Assembly (NCBI GenBank): GCA_040954595.2
Contig: CM082597.2
Location: forward strand, 1,934,422-1,998,421
Length of the DNA: 64,000 bases
Source: Balanoglossus misakiensis
Taxonomy: Eukaryota > Animalia > Hemichordata
Direction: 5' to 3'
The notes beneath the pieces are model-generated. The model was given only the letters and a program-made list of their open reading frames with translations, was not told the origin of the DNA and made no database searches. The position numbers and the translations under genes are program-made. Below, in pieces: positions 23,441 to 38,539 of the stretch. The number at the start of each line of letters is the position of its first letter. Within the stretch, counting starts at the first letter, position 1.

Positions 23441-25949
23441 TCGATTTAATGTATCTGATTGTTTACTAGCAGTTTGTTCTATTTTCGCTGACAAATGTTT
23501 TATGCAAATTTGGAGATCGTACGTGTGGCCAACATGGAAACATGTGGCCAACGGAGAGGTATGTAGCCTCAGAAGTTTCCCCTCAGAAAGATTTCGAAAT
23601 ACACTGGCTTTGCAGAAACCACCTGTTGAATGTTTCGGATTTAAATATTCATTGTTCCACATGACGTGACGTAATGGGTCACCAACCTAAGTTGGTATCC
23701 AGAGCCTTCACATTTTATCGTCCCATGCTGACTTAGATAAGGGCGGGAAATCTGCAGCGGAACCGCGGCTAGACGTCGCCTGATATTACATAGCTAAGTT
23801 AGACAGTGGTAATTTCCATCTGATTGAATTAAGAATTAGTTGATCGAGAAAGGTCGTTTCCGTGATATCCCTCTTTTCGCTGCCGTTCTGTTTTTTGCCT
23901 CTAATCCCTCCCCGTAAATTGGTTTAATCCGCCTAGCTTACTTCGGAGTTTTAGCACGATCCGTTGCCATTAGAAAAAAAGCTTGTTTGTAGCAATTACG
24001 GCAATTTTTTTTGTTGGATGGACGGACTACATGTAAGTGTTTTTTCACAGATGAGCGTTACAGCTGCAAGCGGGTTAGATTTTATTCTGTTTAAACGTGA
24101 AATTAAAACCAAAGCACAGCAATAAATTAAGGGACCCTTAAACCCATGAATGCTCATGAACAAGAATAACCAGTGGACGTGTTCGAATATTAAAATCGGT
24201 CTCTTTTCGTGTGTATGGATCGCCTGCGATATAAGCATGACAAACTGTCGCGGGAAAATGAAAGTTGAACTAATGAGACAGATTTGGGCGATTTCGGCAA
24301 GTTTGTTGATTTGTGTTCACGCCTAAGCTAAGCTCATGGAAAGAAAAGCTTTGAATTGAACTAGCGGAGGCATCACAGTTACTGTGACTATCAACAAGAC
24401 CAAGATGACGCTAAGAGGATTACTATGGCATTTGTGATAGTTTAAGCCGGCTTCACGACATCCTCGTCTCGTCAAATTCTCAAAAGCCATAGCTAACACA
24501 CACAGAGGCAAAAAACTTCGCCATCCATCCTTCTCACTGATTTGAATAATACCCTGATCGCCGAGTCCACTTAAACAAATCACTGCTCCACGTCTAACCT
24601 TTGAAGTAAACGAACACTTGTGATACATTTCCCGCCAAAGGCAACCCTTTGCACAGATCACGTACGCGCAATTTCGGTCCTCCGCTACAATGTTGTACTC
24701 GCGAGACGGGCTGGTCAAACTTGTCGCCATTTTTAATTGCAAATAAAAGATGGGCGCCAATAAAATAATTTGCGGTCATTTCATGCCTACATAGCCTTTG
24801 TCTGTTACGGGCAATTTGATACAGCTTCTCTTGGTGTTACACGTTATGTTGACACACACGTTTGGCGAGGTGGTGTGATTTTACTTAACGAAAATTGACT
24901 CAAACATTCCAAACGACCACTGAAGCTAAAAAGACATAGCATTTTTTTTCAATTAAAGGTCCACACATTACGAGAGATTGTGCCAGAGGTCTCAAGATAT
25001 TAAGCAATATTTTTTCCATTAAAGGATTTTGGAGGACCATTGACAGACTTCGGAGAAGCAGGGAAGGGTCCTTTATGTACAAAACAAAGATCCCTGTTGC
25101 CTTTTTCAAGGAGCCTCAATATTAATGACCGACATATGTCAACACGTTGTAGATTGACACACGGACAATGAACACCAGTCTCGTGGACGTGTCAACCATA
25201 ATGGGTGACAGCACTTGAAAGTCCACCCCTAAATGTTAAATGACCGAATCTGTCGAAAAAGAATGCCCGATAATTAGGTTAGTCCAACAATGGCGGAGTC
25301 ATTAAGTCATGTGTTGATGTCTGCTCAGCGGTGAATGACGATGTTGGCACAACACATAGAGGGGACTGCAAACATTGTTTCTAATCGATTGCTCGCGTAA
25401 ACGGGGTTAGCTTTTGTCTTGTTTATTGGCTTTCTTGGCAATGCAAAATTAAGTATTTGTTCTAACAGCACGGCTATGAAGAATGAAAGTGTACAAACGC
25501 CTTTTGTTTGACTTTATATGCAAATGATACATTTTTGTTTTAATTAACAACTAAGTACAATAGAAGCTCAAAACCAGACCTCTGCTCACTAGAAGTTTGC
25601 GTATTTTTCTAAAATACGCAGGTTTACAGTGTGTACAGTACACAGAAAAAACAACATGCGTTTTCTCGTGTTCGTGAAATTGAGATGTTAATTTCAAAGG
25701 ATCTTATTAGAGTTTATATCAACGAATTTTGCCACGGGTACTAGAATAATTGAGGAAATCTCAGTCTAATTTCGGTTGTCAATTTACGTATACCGGTTAC
25801 GCCATGCACACGACACAGTTCACACAACGGCGCGCAAACAACGGACTGTTGGATTCGATTTTATCACTGTGGAAGCGATACCTTGTGAGTTGATCGTGTT
25901 ACCCGGTTGTGTTATTGTAAGGGTAGAAATTCACACGCTTGGATATTTG

Positions 25950-26002
25950 GGAGGGAGGGAGCGAGGGAGAGGAGGGAGGGAGGGAGGGAGAGGGAAGAGA
26001 GA
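25950..26002. repeat. (GGGA)n purine-rich repeat
   Basis: Read directly. Confidence 0.85.
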
Positions 26003-29000
26003 GTATTTGGATATTCTGATGCACTAAACAAAATAAAATCACTGCTCTCTAATTTCTTGATATTAACTGAACATTATCGTCCTCACTACAACTTGATACA
26101 GGCAAAGTATCTATTTGACATTTTAATCCGAGCTGAAACAAGAAGCCAGAACAAAAAGATGGGTCATTGAATAAGAAAAACACCTTGTAGTCTTTAAGTT
26201 GAATGGTTCAAGCACTTCAAGAGGACCATGAATAATTTTCTAGTCTATTTATGTCTCCATTTACGGGCAGTGTCACGCACGTGGATCAGAGGAGAAAACA
26301 AGACGAATGACGTCACACCACGTGCCAGCAACGACTAAAGCTGCTAGGCAAATACTTCCGCCGTACGATTCGGCGTTTTCCTGTCAATTCAAGATTTCAT
26401 TGGGGGACAATGGAAACGTCTTCTGCCCTAGGATATTTTTCATCTTGTAATTTTTCCTTGGACGAGGAAACAAAGGGAAACTGATGTTTTCCTCAGGACG
26501 TGTTCTTATTCCGCTGTCAGGGCGCCTTGTTTGTTTGCTCTCCGTATCACAAACTACCTCTGGTCTCAATCATCGGCCCCATGCACAGTTAACCCAACGA
26601 TGTCGTGCAGACTTGTCTTTATGAGCCAAATTTGGAGCTATATCTTTCTATTTGAGACAATTTACCTCTATAATATCGTTTAACTAGGCCCCGTTTTCGT
26701 TCATTGCAATCAAACCTCGGAGCTATGATCGGGCAGGAGTTTCGCATTGCCTGGTACTTAATTTGAATATGATACGGTCGTTCTGCCAAGCAAAACGGAG
26801 CTAAATTTTCTGAAAATGAAGATATAAGTGTATCTCTCGTGGACAGTGAGACAAAGGATGGAACTTTGACATTTCCCCGCCTTTGTTTGTTGCTGTTTAC
26901 GAAAAATTGACGTTGAATTGTTGCGCGGCTCTGAATTGCGAGATTTTGTCGTCCAAACGGATAAAAAAAATGGCGACCATTAAAATGCGATGGATTCGTT
27001 CATCGCAATAAAATAAAAAGATATGGTCATGAAATGGCATGGCACAAAACACAAAATTGGTGTCTCAAATCACGCCCACCAGATTTGTAATTGTGGCCGT
27101 CGCGTCTCCGGCCCAATGTATCTTTGTGGAGTGTAACCAGGGCAACCTGCTGGTCCCCTTGTCAACGCGTCTGTAACTATGCCCAGCGCGTCTGTAACTT
27201 CTCCATAATTTCCCTCCATTCATGAGAGTGTCATAAAAGTGGCTCCGGCTGTAATTACACATAACTATTCAGAAATTGTTGCTGTCGTGCTGTGACGGTC
27301 CAGAACATGCTAATCTTCCAGAGGCAGTGTGTCTATTCTTTTGAAATGACCCGATTTCACGATGATGGGACAAAGGAATTATAACTTTATAACGATTCAT
27401 GTTATATATAGCAAAGTATGCATATGCATAGAGTCAAAGTTTTCGGACACAAAGGTTTTAAGAAGTACTACATTGCCAAATTCACCTGAAGAGCTTGTTG
27501 GGTCACGTGGATCGCTACCCCGGGGGTCACTCGACTACCAACCCAGACAAGACAGCAATTCGAGGGATAAGCTCCAATTAAACTAATTAGACTATCGGTC
27601 TTTGTGATTTTTGTCTATTGTTTTCCAATTACAGTATCGACACCGTCTCGTTGAACAATGCTGGGCTAATTACATAGTTGGACTCCCGACCTGGGAGGTA
27701 TTGTTAGCGGCAGGCACCTGCATGGTTGGTGTTGCGTGTTTGGGACCACCTCCTACGTCACTGAGATTGGTCCATTCTCGCGGTGCCGTGTGAATAGTAT
27801 CTTAATCGGATGTTTTCCCTCCGAAAACACAGCGGATAAAGGACACACGCTGAAGGGCTGTTTTGAGCCAGTTTTTAATCCTTCATTGAGGGGGAAATAT
27901 GCATTCAGAGAAAGATAGTTTGCGCAGATTATTTACGGCAAAACTTTCCAGTCAACCGGCGAGTCCCCTAATTTTGGCCGATTAAACAGCGGGGTTCCCC
28001 CTGGTGTGTTAACTTCGAAAGAATACAGATATCCCAAGCTTGACGACTTCACAAAATTTCTCGTCGCCTATCTTTGAAAAACAAAGGAGTTTTCAATCTC
28101 GGAACAAAGTTTTGCCATCTGTGTAGTGATTAAAGCGCTCTGCTTGTCAAAAATAAAACACAGTTCTCTCGGGGCAGAACCCGAACTCCAAATTTTGGCT
28201 CATCAAAATTAAAAACCAATAAATTCGGTCACACGTCCTGTTTTGAGAATGAGGTCTCCGGCAACTACAATGAATTTCAAGGATCCCGGATGTAGCTTTC
28301 TCATTTACAAGACTGGTTTTCTGTAACAGTTGATAGTACTGGGCAACTCAAATCGCGTCTACTTCTCTTGAACATCAATTCTGTGCCAGTCGACGCTAAG
28401 CAAAGAAATCCATCTGTCTGGCCTTTTAAACACAAGCGACAAACTCGAGGAGTTTCACCTGAGTTTTAGTATCGAGCTGCCAGTTAACAGCGGCGGCCAA
28501 ATGCATTCCGCGAAATTAAAAGGCCCCTCCAAATCGCCTACTCCACAGAAATCCCCTCGACTGTATCCAATATCGTCAAAACACCACTTGCGCGTAGCTT
28601 TTAATGTTCACCATGACAACGAAAACGTTTTACTTCAATCCAAGTTTGACTTTTCGGAGCTGAGCGATTTCCACCCCAGAACACCTTATAAAAACCAACC
28701 ATTAAATATATGGCCAGATCATAACGCTGTCAACATATTTATAGCTCCGCTGTAAATATAATCACTTCTTATGCAAACAATAATTACATTGAGACTGAAA
28801 TTTAGATAACTTTTTGTACAAAGAATCGCCCATTTATAAAAATAAGCTCTCCATATGTCTACTCAATGGTTAGTCATAGAGGATACAGTTAACGGTGTCA
28901 TTGCCATATGGCGCCATCTTGTTAACACACACAAAACGCTCTGCTCGTATTTGCTCAGCGCATTTTATTGGGATATATTCTATTACCCAATCGTCCCCGC

Positions 29001-30929
29001 TAAAATGATTTCGAGAGGGCGTATCGGATAGCTTAACCGGTGACTCAAACGGTCGTCAAGCTTCGCGTAAACGACGTGGTGACGGTGAGGCTGCATTAGA
29101 ACACCAGTTAGGGGACGAACTCGCTGCCATGTTTTGTCGGTAATATTTGCTTAAATTCCATGTGGGAAAAAGTTGTACTACCTGCTGAAACAAGACTATT
29201 ATTTCTTAGATAAAAATCTACTTAGATAAAAAATTCAAAGCTAATTATCAGTTCCCGCGAAATATAGTTTTTTTCTGGGTCACGGTAGCCTCAACTGTCT
29301 ATGTTTTCTGCACGGCCTGACGATGAAACTAGATTTTATTAGAATTATGGCGAAGAAAAGCGTGTTTGTACAGGGAAAATGTCTCTTTTCCCACTCGGAA
29401 CTCCGTTCAGCTTTGTGTTACGTCAAATAAGGGGGCCCGTCCGCGACGTTTCATCCGCCCTAATGATTTCTCGCCGACGTGAAAGAAACTCGTTTTGCTG
29501 AAAAGGCGAGCAATGCAACCGTTAATATCCCCTCGATTGGCTACTGTGCAAACAACCATAATGGAACATCCAAACAAACCGAGCACGTTTACGCCGGCGT
29601 GGTGTACCCAATCGCGACAAACACATCGTCGCAAAATAAAGCAAACTTTAATAATAATATATATAAAAAGACCGAATAAAAATTGGAGTAATTAAGCCTA
29701 CACTGAGAGTGAAATATTTTGATTTGCCTTTGTGTGAACAGTTTCGGCGGTTTTCGACCAGGTATTATCACTAGCGCCGAGATAATGAAAGTATTGTCCT
29801 CGAACATTGATTACAGCTTGGATGCCTACTAGACGCAAATGAAGCTGCAATCGAGTCAGTTTCCTGTCATTAGTCAGCATGAACTGAGCGCCGCTACGTT
29901 TCTTTATTGGAATCACAATTCGAACCGCTACTGCAAGCAGTTATATCGATGTACACGGCATTGATTACAACCCGAAAAATACTTATAACACACCACAATT
30001 GTGATAGCAATAATTTCATTGCGCGATTAAGGAGGTGATCAGCGTCTCCTTGCCGTCATGGCAACGCCGCTCCAGTTTCTAGTCAACGACGCGAGAAAAA
30101 GCGACGTTCCGAACTATACGTCTACAGAAAATACTTCCTAATACTGGACAAATTTACGGTCTTGCTTAAAACAATTGAAATTGCCCAGAGAATTAGTTGA
30201 CAAAAATTATATCGTTAAAAAGGCTAACCCCCTTAAGTTCGCCTCTACTTAGAGATATGAGCTGAGCATTTCAATAGTGTGTGACTTCCAAAGAACAAAC
30301 ACTCCGAAGTGTAAAAAAAATCGACAACGGAAATTTCTAGTTGCGTGAGAAACCAGAACAAGCCACTTCCCGCCATTCCCCGTTCCGGCAGACAGTATCC
30401 CGGTGCCGTCATCCAGTTTGTTTGCCAAGCTTTTGCTAATACCGAGCACCGACTTCCACCGAGGAAGAGAGCTGTTGGTGCAAAAATATACTTTACAGAA
30501 ATTGGCGGATGGCGATAAGAGGGCTAAATTTTCCTGCCCCGGTAAATGACATCTCCGTCTATAAGAAAGAGGGGCGGACAGAGAGAGAGAACAAAATACA
30601 CATGCGCAAAAGCACAGCCCTCTCTCTCTCTCTTTGAAAGACGGGGGTGTGTTCAATTATGGGAACAGCAATAACGTTGACTTTACGAATGTGTTTCTCT
30701 ACCTGCCTGTGTGGAAAGAGATCATGGGCGTTGTTTTGTATTATGGCGATGGAAATCAAAATATTGACTGCACAAGGCATCGAATTGTAGTTTTAACTTC
30801 GTAGGGTGTAAAACGTAAGAACCACGATTTTTCGGTAAGAACCACGGCTATGCATGAAAATGCCTATTTAAGAACCTTGGTGATTTCGGAGAGATAAATT
30901 ACGATAAGTTCATAACTGTCAATTTTTAA

Positions 30930-31092
30930 TCACCACCACCACCACCACCATGACCACCACCACCACCATCATCATCATCACCACCACCAACGCCACCATC
31001 ATCACCAACGCCACCATCACCATGACCACCACCACCATCATCATCATCACCACCACCAACGCCACCATCATCACCATGACCACCACCAACAC

Positions 31093-31128
<36 letters not shown>

Positions 31129-31146
31129 AATCATCATCATCATCAT
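30930..31146. repeat. Compound (CAC/CAT)n trinucleotide array with internal higher-order duplication
   Basis: Read directly. The block catgaccaccaccaccatcatcatcatcaccaccaccaacgccaccatcatcacc recurs. Confidence 0.95.
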
Positions 31147-34100
31147 AAATATTGTAATGCTAACATGCATTAATTTTCAACTCAGTACTACGAGTAAGAT
31201 TAAACTATTCTTATTTTCATAGAAACTTTTCCACATAACGGTCGATAAAATCACACTTTGTGAGTCGCACAATTTTATCAAAATGTAGGATGATCGTCGG
31301 TCGCGCCTGTCAGTGAAAAGAACATATTCTACACGAACCGTAATTTTGAAGTTTGCCTCTCAATCCAACAGGAAGGCCAGAGCGCACGTTTACACAAAGA
31401 ATTAAATATCAGATCACGTACTTGAAGATATTAAAAGCGGCTGATTATTAAATGAACTAAACCATTTCGCAGTCAGCTAATTTCCCGCCAAATCGACAGA
31501 GCAAAAACTGTCGTTTCCTAATTTTCGGTAGCACAGTTCCCCAATTCTAATTTAGGGAGGAAACTGTTTATACCACGGTCTGGAGGAGATCAAAATTTTG
31601 ATTTTGTTTAGACTCCGCTTGAAACGAAGAGCAAAAAAACTGAAGAAAAAAATACGCGCGTCCCTCGGTACATGTAAACGACGCTTTAACTGCCGACGGT
31701 GAGTCAACACAAAGCCTTCCCATGAAATGATGTTGCGTACGTAGTGTGCTTTGTTTGCCATAGTTACAAGGCCGATGTCTCATGAATATAAAATGCATGT
31801 CTTTACATTTTGAATTTTGACACAAACACTGTACCATTGGCCGATTTCTGGTCAGCCCTGTCCCAATAGAATTTTTGAATATTTTAATATAATTTTAAAC
31901 AAAGATTTCAGTTGGTACTGACTCCAGTATGCTTATTTTTACATACATAAACTACCTCGTCCGAACGCGTGTATACAAATGAATCGACTGTCGGCATAAA
32001 TTTTGTATAAATAAACATCAATGGTCAACATATGCAAAACAGTATGAACGAGGATTATTATGCAAGTCGGAAAGAAAACTGATTTTTCCAAAGTTTTACC
32101 CTTGTGCGATGTTGGGCAACGATGTCAGGGCCTTCGATTTTCTTTGGCGACACGATAAAGGCCAAAAAGACAACTTTTTTATGGTTTTATGTCGTCTTGG
32201 TAACGTTGGTAACATTTTTTATTTGTCCTCCTCGGCCACGGTATTTGTGCCACGGTTCCGGTTTGCCTGGGCAGTCAATGACGTAGACGTACAGTGGCAA
32301 GAAGCTACGAAAATTCACAAATGTGAGAGAACAGATTGGCACGGGATATAAGAAAGTGAGACACATGTCAAGAATGACTCATTTCGTCGTGTGATCACGT
32401 CAATGCACATCTTATAATGCTACTTTGAAACTGTTTGGAGTTGCACTCGAAACAAATGAATCAACGTCGCGTATAGATTACAGAAACAAACACTGTATCG
32501 CCACATCACTGGGTTTTTATTTTCATCCAAAGCCCAGCCACTAACGTCCGCATGAATTAAAAAAGTACGGGGTTTTTTGAGAGTCATTAGCGCCTAAAAG
32601 CTGTAGCGCGAAATTTGGTAATGCCCATCTGAAAGCGCGAAGGCAGATATGTCCAAATATGTCGCCTTTGATCTTTCGGGTTTCGACGACTTCTCACAAT
32701 TTCTGACATTTAGTATTACAAGTCACTCAACTGTGAAAAGATGTCTTTTGATTTGTGCCCATCCAAGCATTAAGTGTCGAAGATTTCGCTCTCACAGCGC
32801 TCCGAGTTGATTCTGCGGCATTGCCCCCTTTGTGCGCGAGACACTCAAATAATAGCGCGCGAAGAAAGCCGAGGTCGCCCCTGTGCAAACGACACATTCC
32901 ACTTTGCCGGCAGCCATAACGCTATTATTGTCGAAGTCTTTCAACTCTCGCCGCTTCTCCCGCTTTCCGGGATTTGTTGATTGGAGACGGCGTGATTTCG
33001 GAAGTATTTTCAGTGTCTATGATTGGTCGTGATTAGGTAAACGAGCCCAAATGTGGCGCCCTTAACTATCGGCAAATTTGGCGAAATGTGTCCACTCAAG
33101 CATGGCGGCCACAAAAATCATAACATCCTCTTCGCAATACAAAGAAAAGCCCTGGAGAGGAAGCCATTACGGTAAAAACGTTTTGGTCCACAGGTTTTCA
33201 GTTTTCTCTCTAACGCTGAATTATAAAACGTTTTTCTGGAGGGTTCTTATGTGCTCTAAAGAAGAGCTCTTGGCTTGCCTTACAGAGCCTTGCATCCCAG
33301 TATATTATGGGTCATCAACAACGTCAACAGATCGGCGATTAGGAAAACGTTAACGGGATCAGGATTGTATTACGATTTTTCAGTAACTCGACCGTCAACA
33401 GACCAGCCACCATCACGTTAAACGTCTACTAGAAACCCAAGAACATCATGAATCTGAATCCTAACCGTAGCAAAGAACACAATTCTGCATCGATCCTGAC
33501 AAAATATTATTTTCTTGGTCAGTTTGTCCATAGACCCTGGTTTGTGTGAATGTTGTTTAGTAGCTTTTAAAGTACTAGCCGCAGAGCAAGGGCCTCGGTG
33601 ATTGGTTGGTTTGATAAGTATGTTTGTAATGAGAGGGAGGGGGGAAGGATCGAGGGGGTCAGGCGAACAGGGCAGACAGGCGCGCGGACGAACAGACAAA
33701 CATGGATGCATTGAGTGTTTGATGGCTATGAGCGGGCGGACAGGCAGGCGGACGGACGGACAGATGAACATGCAGATCCGCTGAAAGTTTGAAAGAATGC
33801 TAGATGTAGTACTACCCTAAGTAGGACGGCAAATAAACTACAAGTAACACAAACTCACGTTTTTAGCCATTTCCTGTTCAGAGAACTCACACGGCTCGCC
33901 ATAGATTCTCCCATTGTAACTTTCTCCCCAACAGTCTCCGATTCACATTGTCTTCATTTTAATCTGAAAGGTCAATGAACAAGATATATATGTTATCTGT
34001 AGAGACTATACACAAAGATTTGACATATGATATTTTAACTAGACGTTTGTTGAATTTTGGAGTCGGTAAAACCAGCCAGACCCTTTGGATAACGCCAAGG

Positions 34101-34624
34101 GAAGCATGAGTTAATAGCTACAGCAAATCGACACATTATGAAAACTATGAATTGAAATAATTGCTGCAATCTTCATTTCGGCACGCCACGTCGAGAGAGT
34201 TGCTTTCCATTTATTAAAGGTAAGGCAAATTCCCGCGATTGGCACGACGACATTACAATATCTCGCTTTGATAACCCCCTTTTCCTTTTTGTCGACCGAC
34301 TCAGGGAACTGCGTCTAATTTGTGAGTTAGCGACAGAAGCGGAAAACCAGCTCCAAAACCCCAGTCGACATGACTTCATTTGTCGGATGGAACTGAGGAA
34401 GGACCTCGTCGCTCGCACTTTCCGCGTTGCCGGGGCAACAGGGTCGTCTGGGGAGGACGCAGAGTTGAAGAAGACTTTGTTGACTTCACAATTTGCTGTG
34501 CGGCAAGGCATCCTAGTGTGCCCCAATTCTAAACAAGCATTTTCACTGACAACAGGCGGGCGTCGCAGCGGTCAGGGTTCTATTTGCCGATTTTCGCGTA
34601 GGTTGTCAAAAAGTCAGGCAGCCT

Positions 34625-34629
34625 GAGAC

Positions 34630-34698
<69 letters not shown>
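34625..34698. repeat. (GACA)n(GATA)n microsatellite
   Basis: Read directly. Confidence 0.95.
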
Positions 34699-35317
34699 CG
34701 GGGATAGGGAGAATTGAAGTCTTATGTATGTTTATGATGTAGCAACGATTTCTTTACCTCATTTCGTGCGTCGAAAAAAATCACAACGGACCAACACGTT
34801 TTAACGGCTGGTGTTCAAAATGTGGCTCTAAAATGATGGATTGGTGTGTCGGCAAAAGAGGAAAAAAACATTCGGCGAATTTACAATTCAATTTAATTCA
34901 ATTCAATTCCAGTCATTCGGAAAAATGAAAATCGGAAACAGAAGGCGAATTTGAGGGAGGGAAGGCGAACAGTACCCCCGGGAGGAAAACCCTCAAAGTT
35001 TAAAATCATTGGCAGAATAATAAAACCCCATCAAACAAGAGCCTACTTATGCGATCTTAAACAACCGGTGCATACAAATTCTTCAACTTCTTTGTCTACC
35101 ATGGTTTTGATGTTCTATCGAATACAATTCGTTTCCGATGGTCGTTTTTTACTTGGTGCACGCATGATTGAGCTTAAATGGTTTCTTTTTTTTCGAAATT
35201 TGATTTCCATCTTGGTCTGCTGTTTTGGGGGTTAAGACAATAGAGCCTAGAGGGTCCTGAAGGACATGTCCCGACCACCTCTAACTTGAACATATGGGTT
35301 CGCTCTAGTTACGCTAC

Positions 35318-35392
35318 TATGCACCTCGACAATCAAAGCCTTAACTTTTTTTCTCATATTTTGCTCAAGGCGTCTTTAGATTATTCTCTTAA
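35318..35392 (+). mobile_element. Degenerate copy of a dispersed repeat
   Basis: tatgcacctcgacaatcaaagccttaactttttttctcatattttgctcaagg aligns with 55130 aatgcgccttgaaaatcaaagtcttaaactttctctcatattttactgaaatc. Confidence 0.55.
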
Positions 35393-38300
35393 GGATGAGA
35401 TGCAGGTTTTTTGAATTTTTTTGGTAATTTTACTTTTTTTTCAATATTTCATACCATTAGAATTGTACAGGCCAAATAAAGTGTAATAAAAGAGATAACA
35501 TTTAAAACATTTGTATGTTCTTGTATAATTTTACGAAATTTTGCTAACAAATCCACGGAGAAGTAAATTCCAGGGTTTCTACAACCGTTACATACACCGA
35601 GCAAGCAGACATACGCATGCGGGTGACGAGCGTGGGCATGCCCGCCAGCTAAGCCGCCGGCGACGGGAGGGATGGGGGTGGGCCCGGTAAGAACTCACGG
35701 CCATACCGGACGAAGGCCAGATTTACCCTGGCATGTGTTCTGATCACACGACCCAACACTAAATTTCTCCCAATTTGTTTTACCGTTTGCTCTGTTTTGA
35801 AAATTTCTGCATTTATCCTGATTGATACTGGCACAACGCTAGTAGGCCTACGTGTTTTCTTATCACGGTTGAAATGTTAGAATTTTATTTGTGCGCACGC
35901 GTGATTCTTTGCAACATCATGTTACATTAATATTCGAAAGAAAAAAGATATTCAACTATATTTTAAAGGCTTAAAATATTTCATTCTGTTTATTTTCGTT
36001 AAAAGTCCTGGGATAGCCGCTTCATCGCTCGTTACTAAAACACTTTTCCCCCTCTTTCCTTTTCCGAGCTCAGCGAATCGAAAACAATTACCGAACAATC
36101 GGCCTTTGTGATTCCACCAATCAGAATCGAGTTATATTTACAGACGAAGTCATTTTCTCACAGAGTTGAATAAAAGGATTGTTCCCGCGAAACAATGGAT
36201 ACCAATATGAATACGAGTTGTTTTGGGGGTGTTCATTTTAACACGTTGCCTATTGTCAATGTTATTTTTCTTTTACACGGCCCTTTGACTGAAACAGCGT
36301 GCTGACATATTGTGCCAACGTCATTCATTGACAGGGATTGAATTAATTAGATGGTTTGAAGAAAACTGAAAAAAGTTGCGGAAATGTGGATACAGTTTTC
36401 GAACTTAATAAAAACAGAATGATAACTAAAAAATCTGTCTAACTGTCTCCGTGAATATATTTTTCAGTACGTATGGCGGTCATATTTTTCGAGTATACAG
36501 AGTAGCGAGAAGTTTGGAGATTACTGCCAACCCGACAAACTTTTATTGACATGAGCCCCTTTCCATAAAAATCTCAACAATGTAGTTTCATTAAATCCCG
36601 TACGGATTAATCGAAACCGCGCCTGCAACATTGTAATACCACCGGAGGCGAACGGAATATTTTTCATCGACGGTGTGCACGTGTACGGGCACGGTGATTC
36701 CATATCGCACGTTTGCTCAGCGTCCGGTAGAGCGCGCGTTAACCCAAATCGACGCGCCGTGCGCGCCGTCCGCGTCCGTGGTGACAGGGACCTGAACTAC
36801 ATATCCAATTCACGATACATTTTCATTGTTTTTTTTCTCTCTCCGCGAAAGCGACCCCGTTCCATCGGAGCGAAGATAATGAACGCGCAGACAAAGATAT
36901 CGAAACTGGCTCTGAACAGTCCACAATAATAATCACTGCGCGACAGCTGACATGATAAAGAGTGCCATCTCCTTATTGTCGCGTTCTTCTTTTCTCTCTC
37001 AAAAACCGCTGTAACGGCACGCCCGAATGGCAATGAAACAAAAACAATGCCTACTTAGGTTGTCGTCAACACAAAAGAACTCGTTGAAGTAGACATTAAT
37101 TGTCATTGTGTTGACAGAATATCTTTGTGGCTGTACACTTTTCTCTTCCACGCAGAAGTGGCGTGTGAAATACTGTTCTACGCTGTTCTCTCCGACTGCC
37201 GAGCCCCGTGACGGCTCCACTGACCGATCGCTTGCTTCGGGGCTTCGCTATAATATTTTACGGAGCCTTCACAACAACAATCGCCAATCAAAATATTGTT
37301 GAGGGAGATTTAACGAAAGTGGATATTTAAAGAAAAACTACGTTCACACCAAAAAACATTCCCACGTGAAAAACACAACTCGAAAAATACAATTTGAAAT
37401 TTAACTAAATTTTAGGTTTGAGATGGACGAAGCCATAATATTATACATTATATGTATCACACATAAGGTAGAACATTTTAACAAATAAATACAAATCGAA
37501 GGCTTTTCCCCTCTAAGTAAACACTTTCTGAGAGTCCACATAGCTTTGAATAAAAAAACGCAATAAAAAGAAGATTGTCGTGTTTATTCATCGCTTTCCA
37601 AGGAAAAGTAACTACAACACCCTCGTTCGTGGCCATTGGGTGCTTGTTCCGGAAAATGGATGACGTCATCCAGCGCGGGATCAACAGGTGGTTTTAGCAG
37701 GTCACGGTTTGACATACAAATGTGTCTGTCTTCAGGACTCTGGGAGATAAATTTTAGATTTTCGTATTTGTGATTTTTATTCTTGTTAAACATTATTTTG
37801 GTCAATAAAAACATGTGCTATGCGGTATTTTAATATTGTTTTATACAGTGTGCAGGTAAGGGGAACGGTAATGCTGTTCGCCATGAATTGCGTTGGGATT
37901 AGCTTGGTGTAAATTTGCAAAATAAATGTCTCTGATTATTTAAAATTTAAAGGGAGTCCACAGCAGATTTTTGAACAAAATCATTTCATTTATGTGGACG
38001 ATAAAGATTCTATGTAAAATTTCCTTCGTTGGGCACAGCCTTATATTTCGGGAAATCCAACACTGGTGGCGATTTTCCAACCAGTCGTTCTCGTTTGTTC
38101 GCGCGCTTTACAACGGATGTAGACACCGAGTTGCGTACCCACAAATCCGCGTATACTGTGACCCGTGGACCTTTTTGTAGCTATATTATACGCTTGTTTC
38201 TGTATTTTTAATTTTAGATGTACTTATTTGACAGTTGAGAATAAGAATTATGATTAATTTACTGATGCAGTGATTTTTACATCAGAGGAGTGAAAGTACA

Positions 38301-38539
38301 TATACCTGAACACATGATAGACACATTGCCACCATTGCCTGAAATTGTTGGGTTTGGGCTATGATGAAGCGATTGTTTCAACTTCAGTGTACGATTGTTT
38401 GTGAGTCGTAGCGAAGGTGTTGTAAAAAAGCAAATAGCTGCACGCGCGGATGGTCGCGCGCCACGCGACGGGCATACGAGATTTTTTGCCAGAACAATAG
38501 CTTTATCACCGTTCATGCATAATTAATCGAGTGGGGTTT

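Noticed and set aside
30919-31222. Poly-Met/Val and poly-Thr/Ile ORFs (also 1353-1682, 49769-50221, 52830-53027, 60015-60236)
   Set aside because: These are translations of microsatellites.
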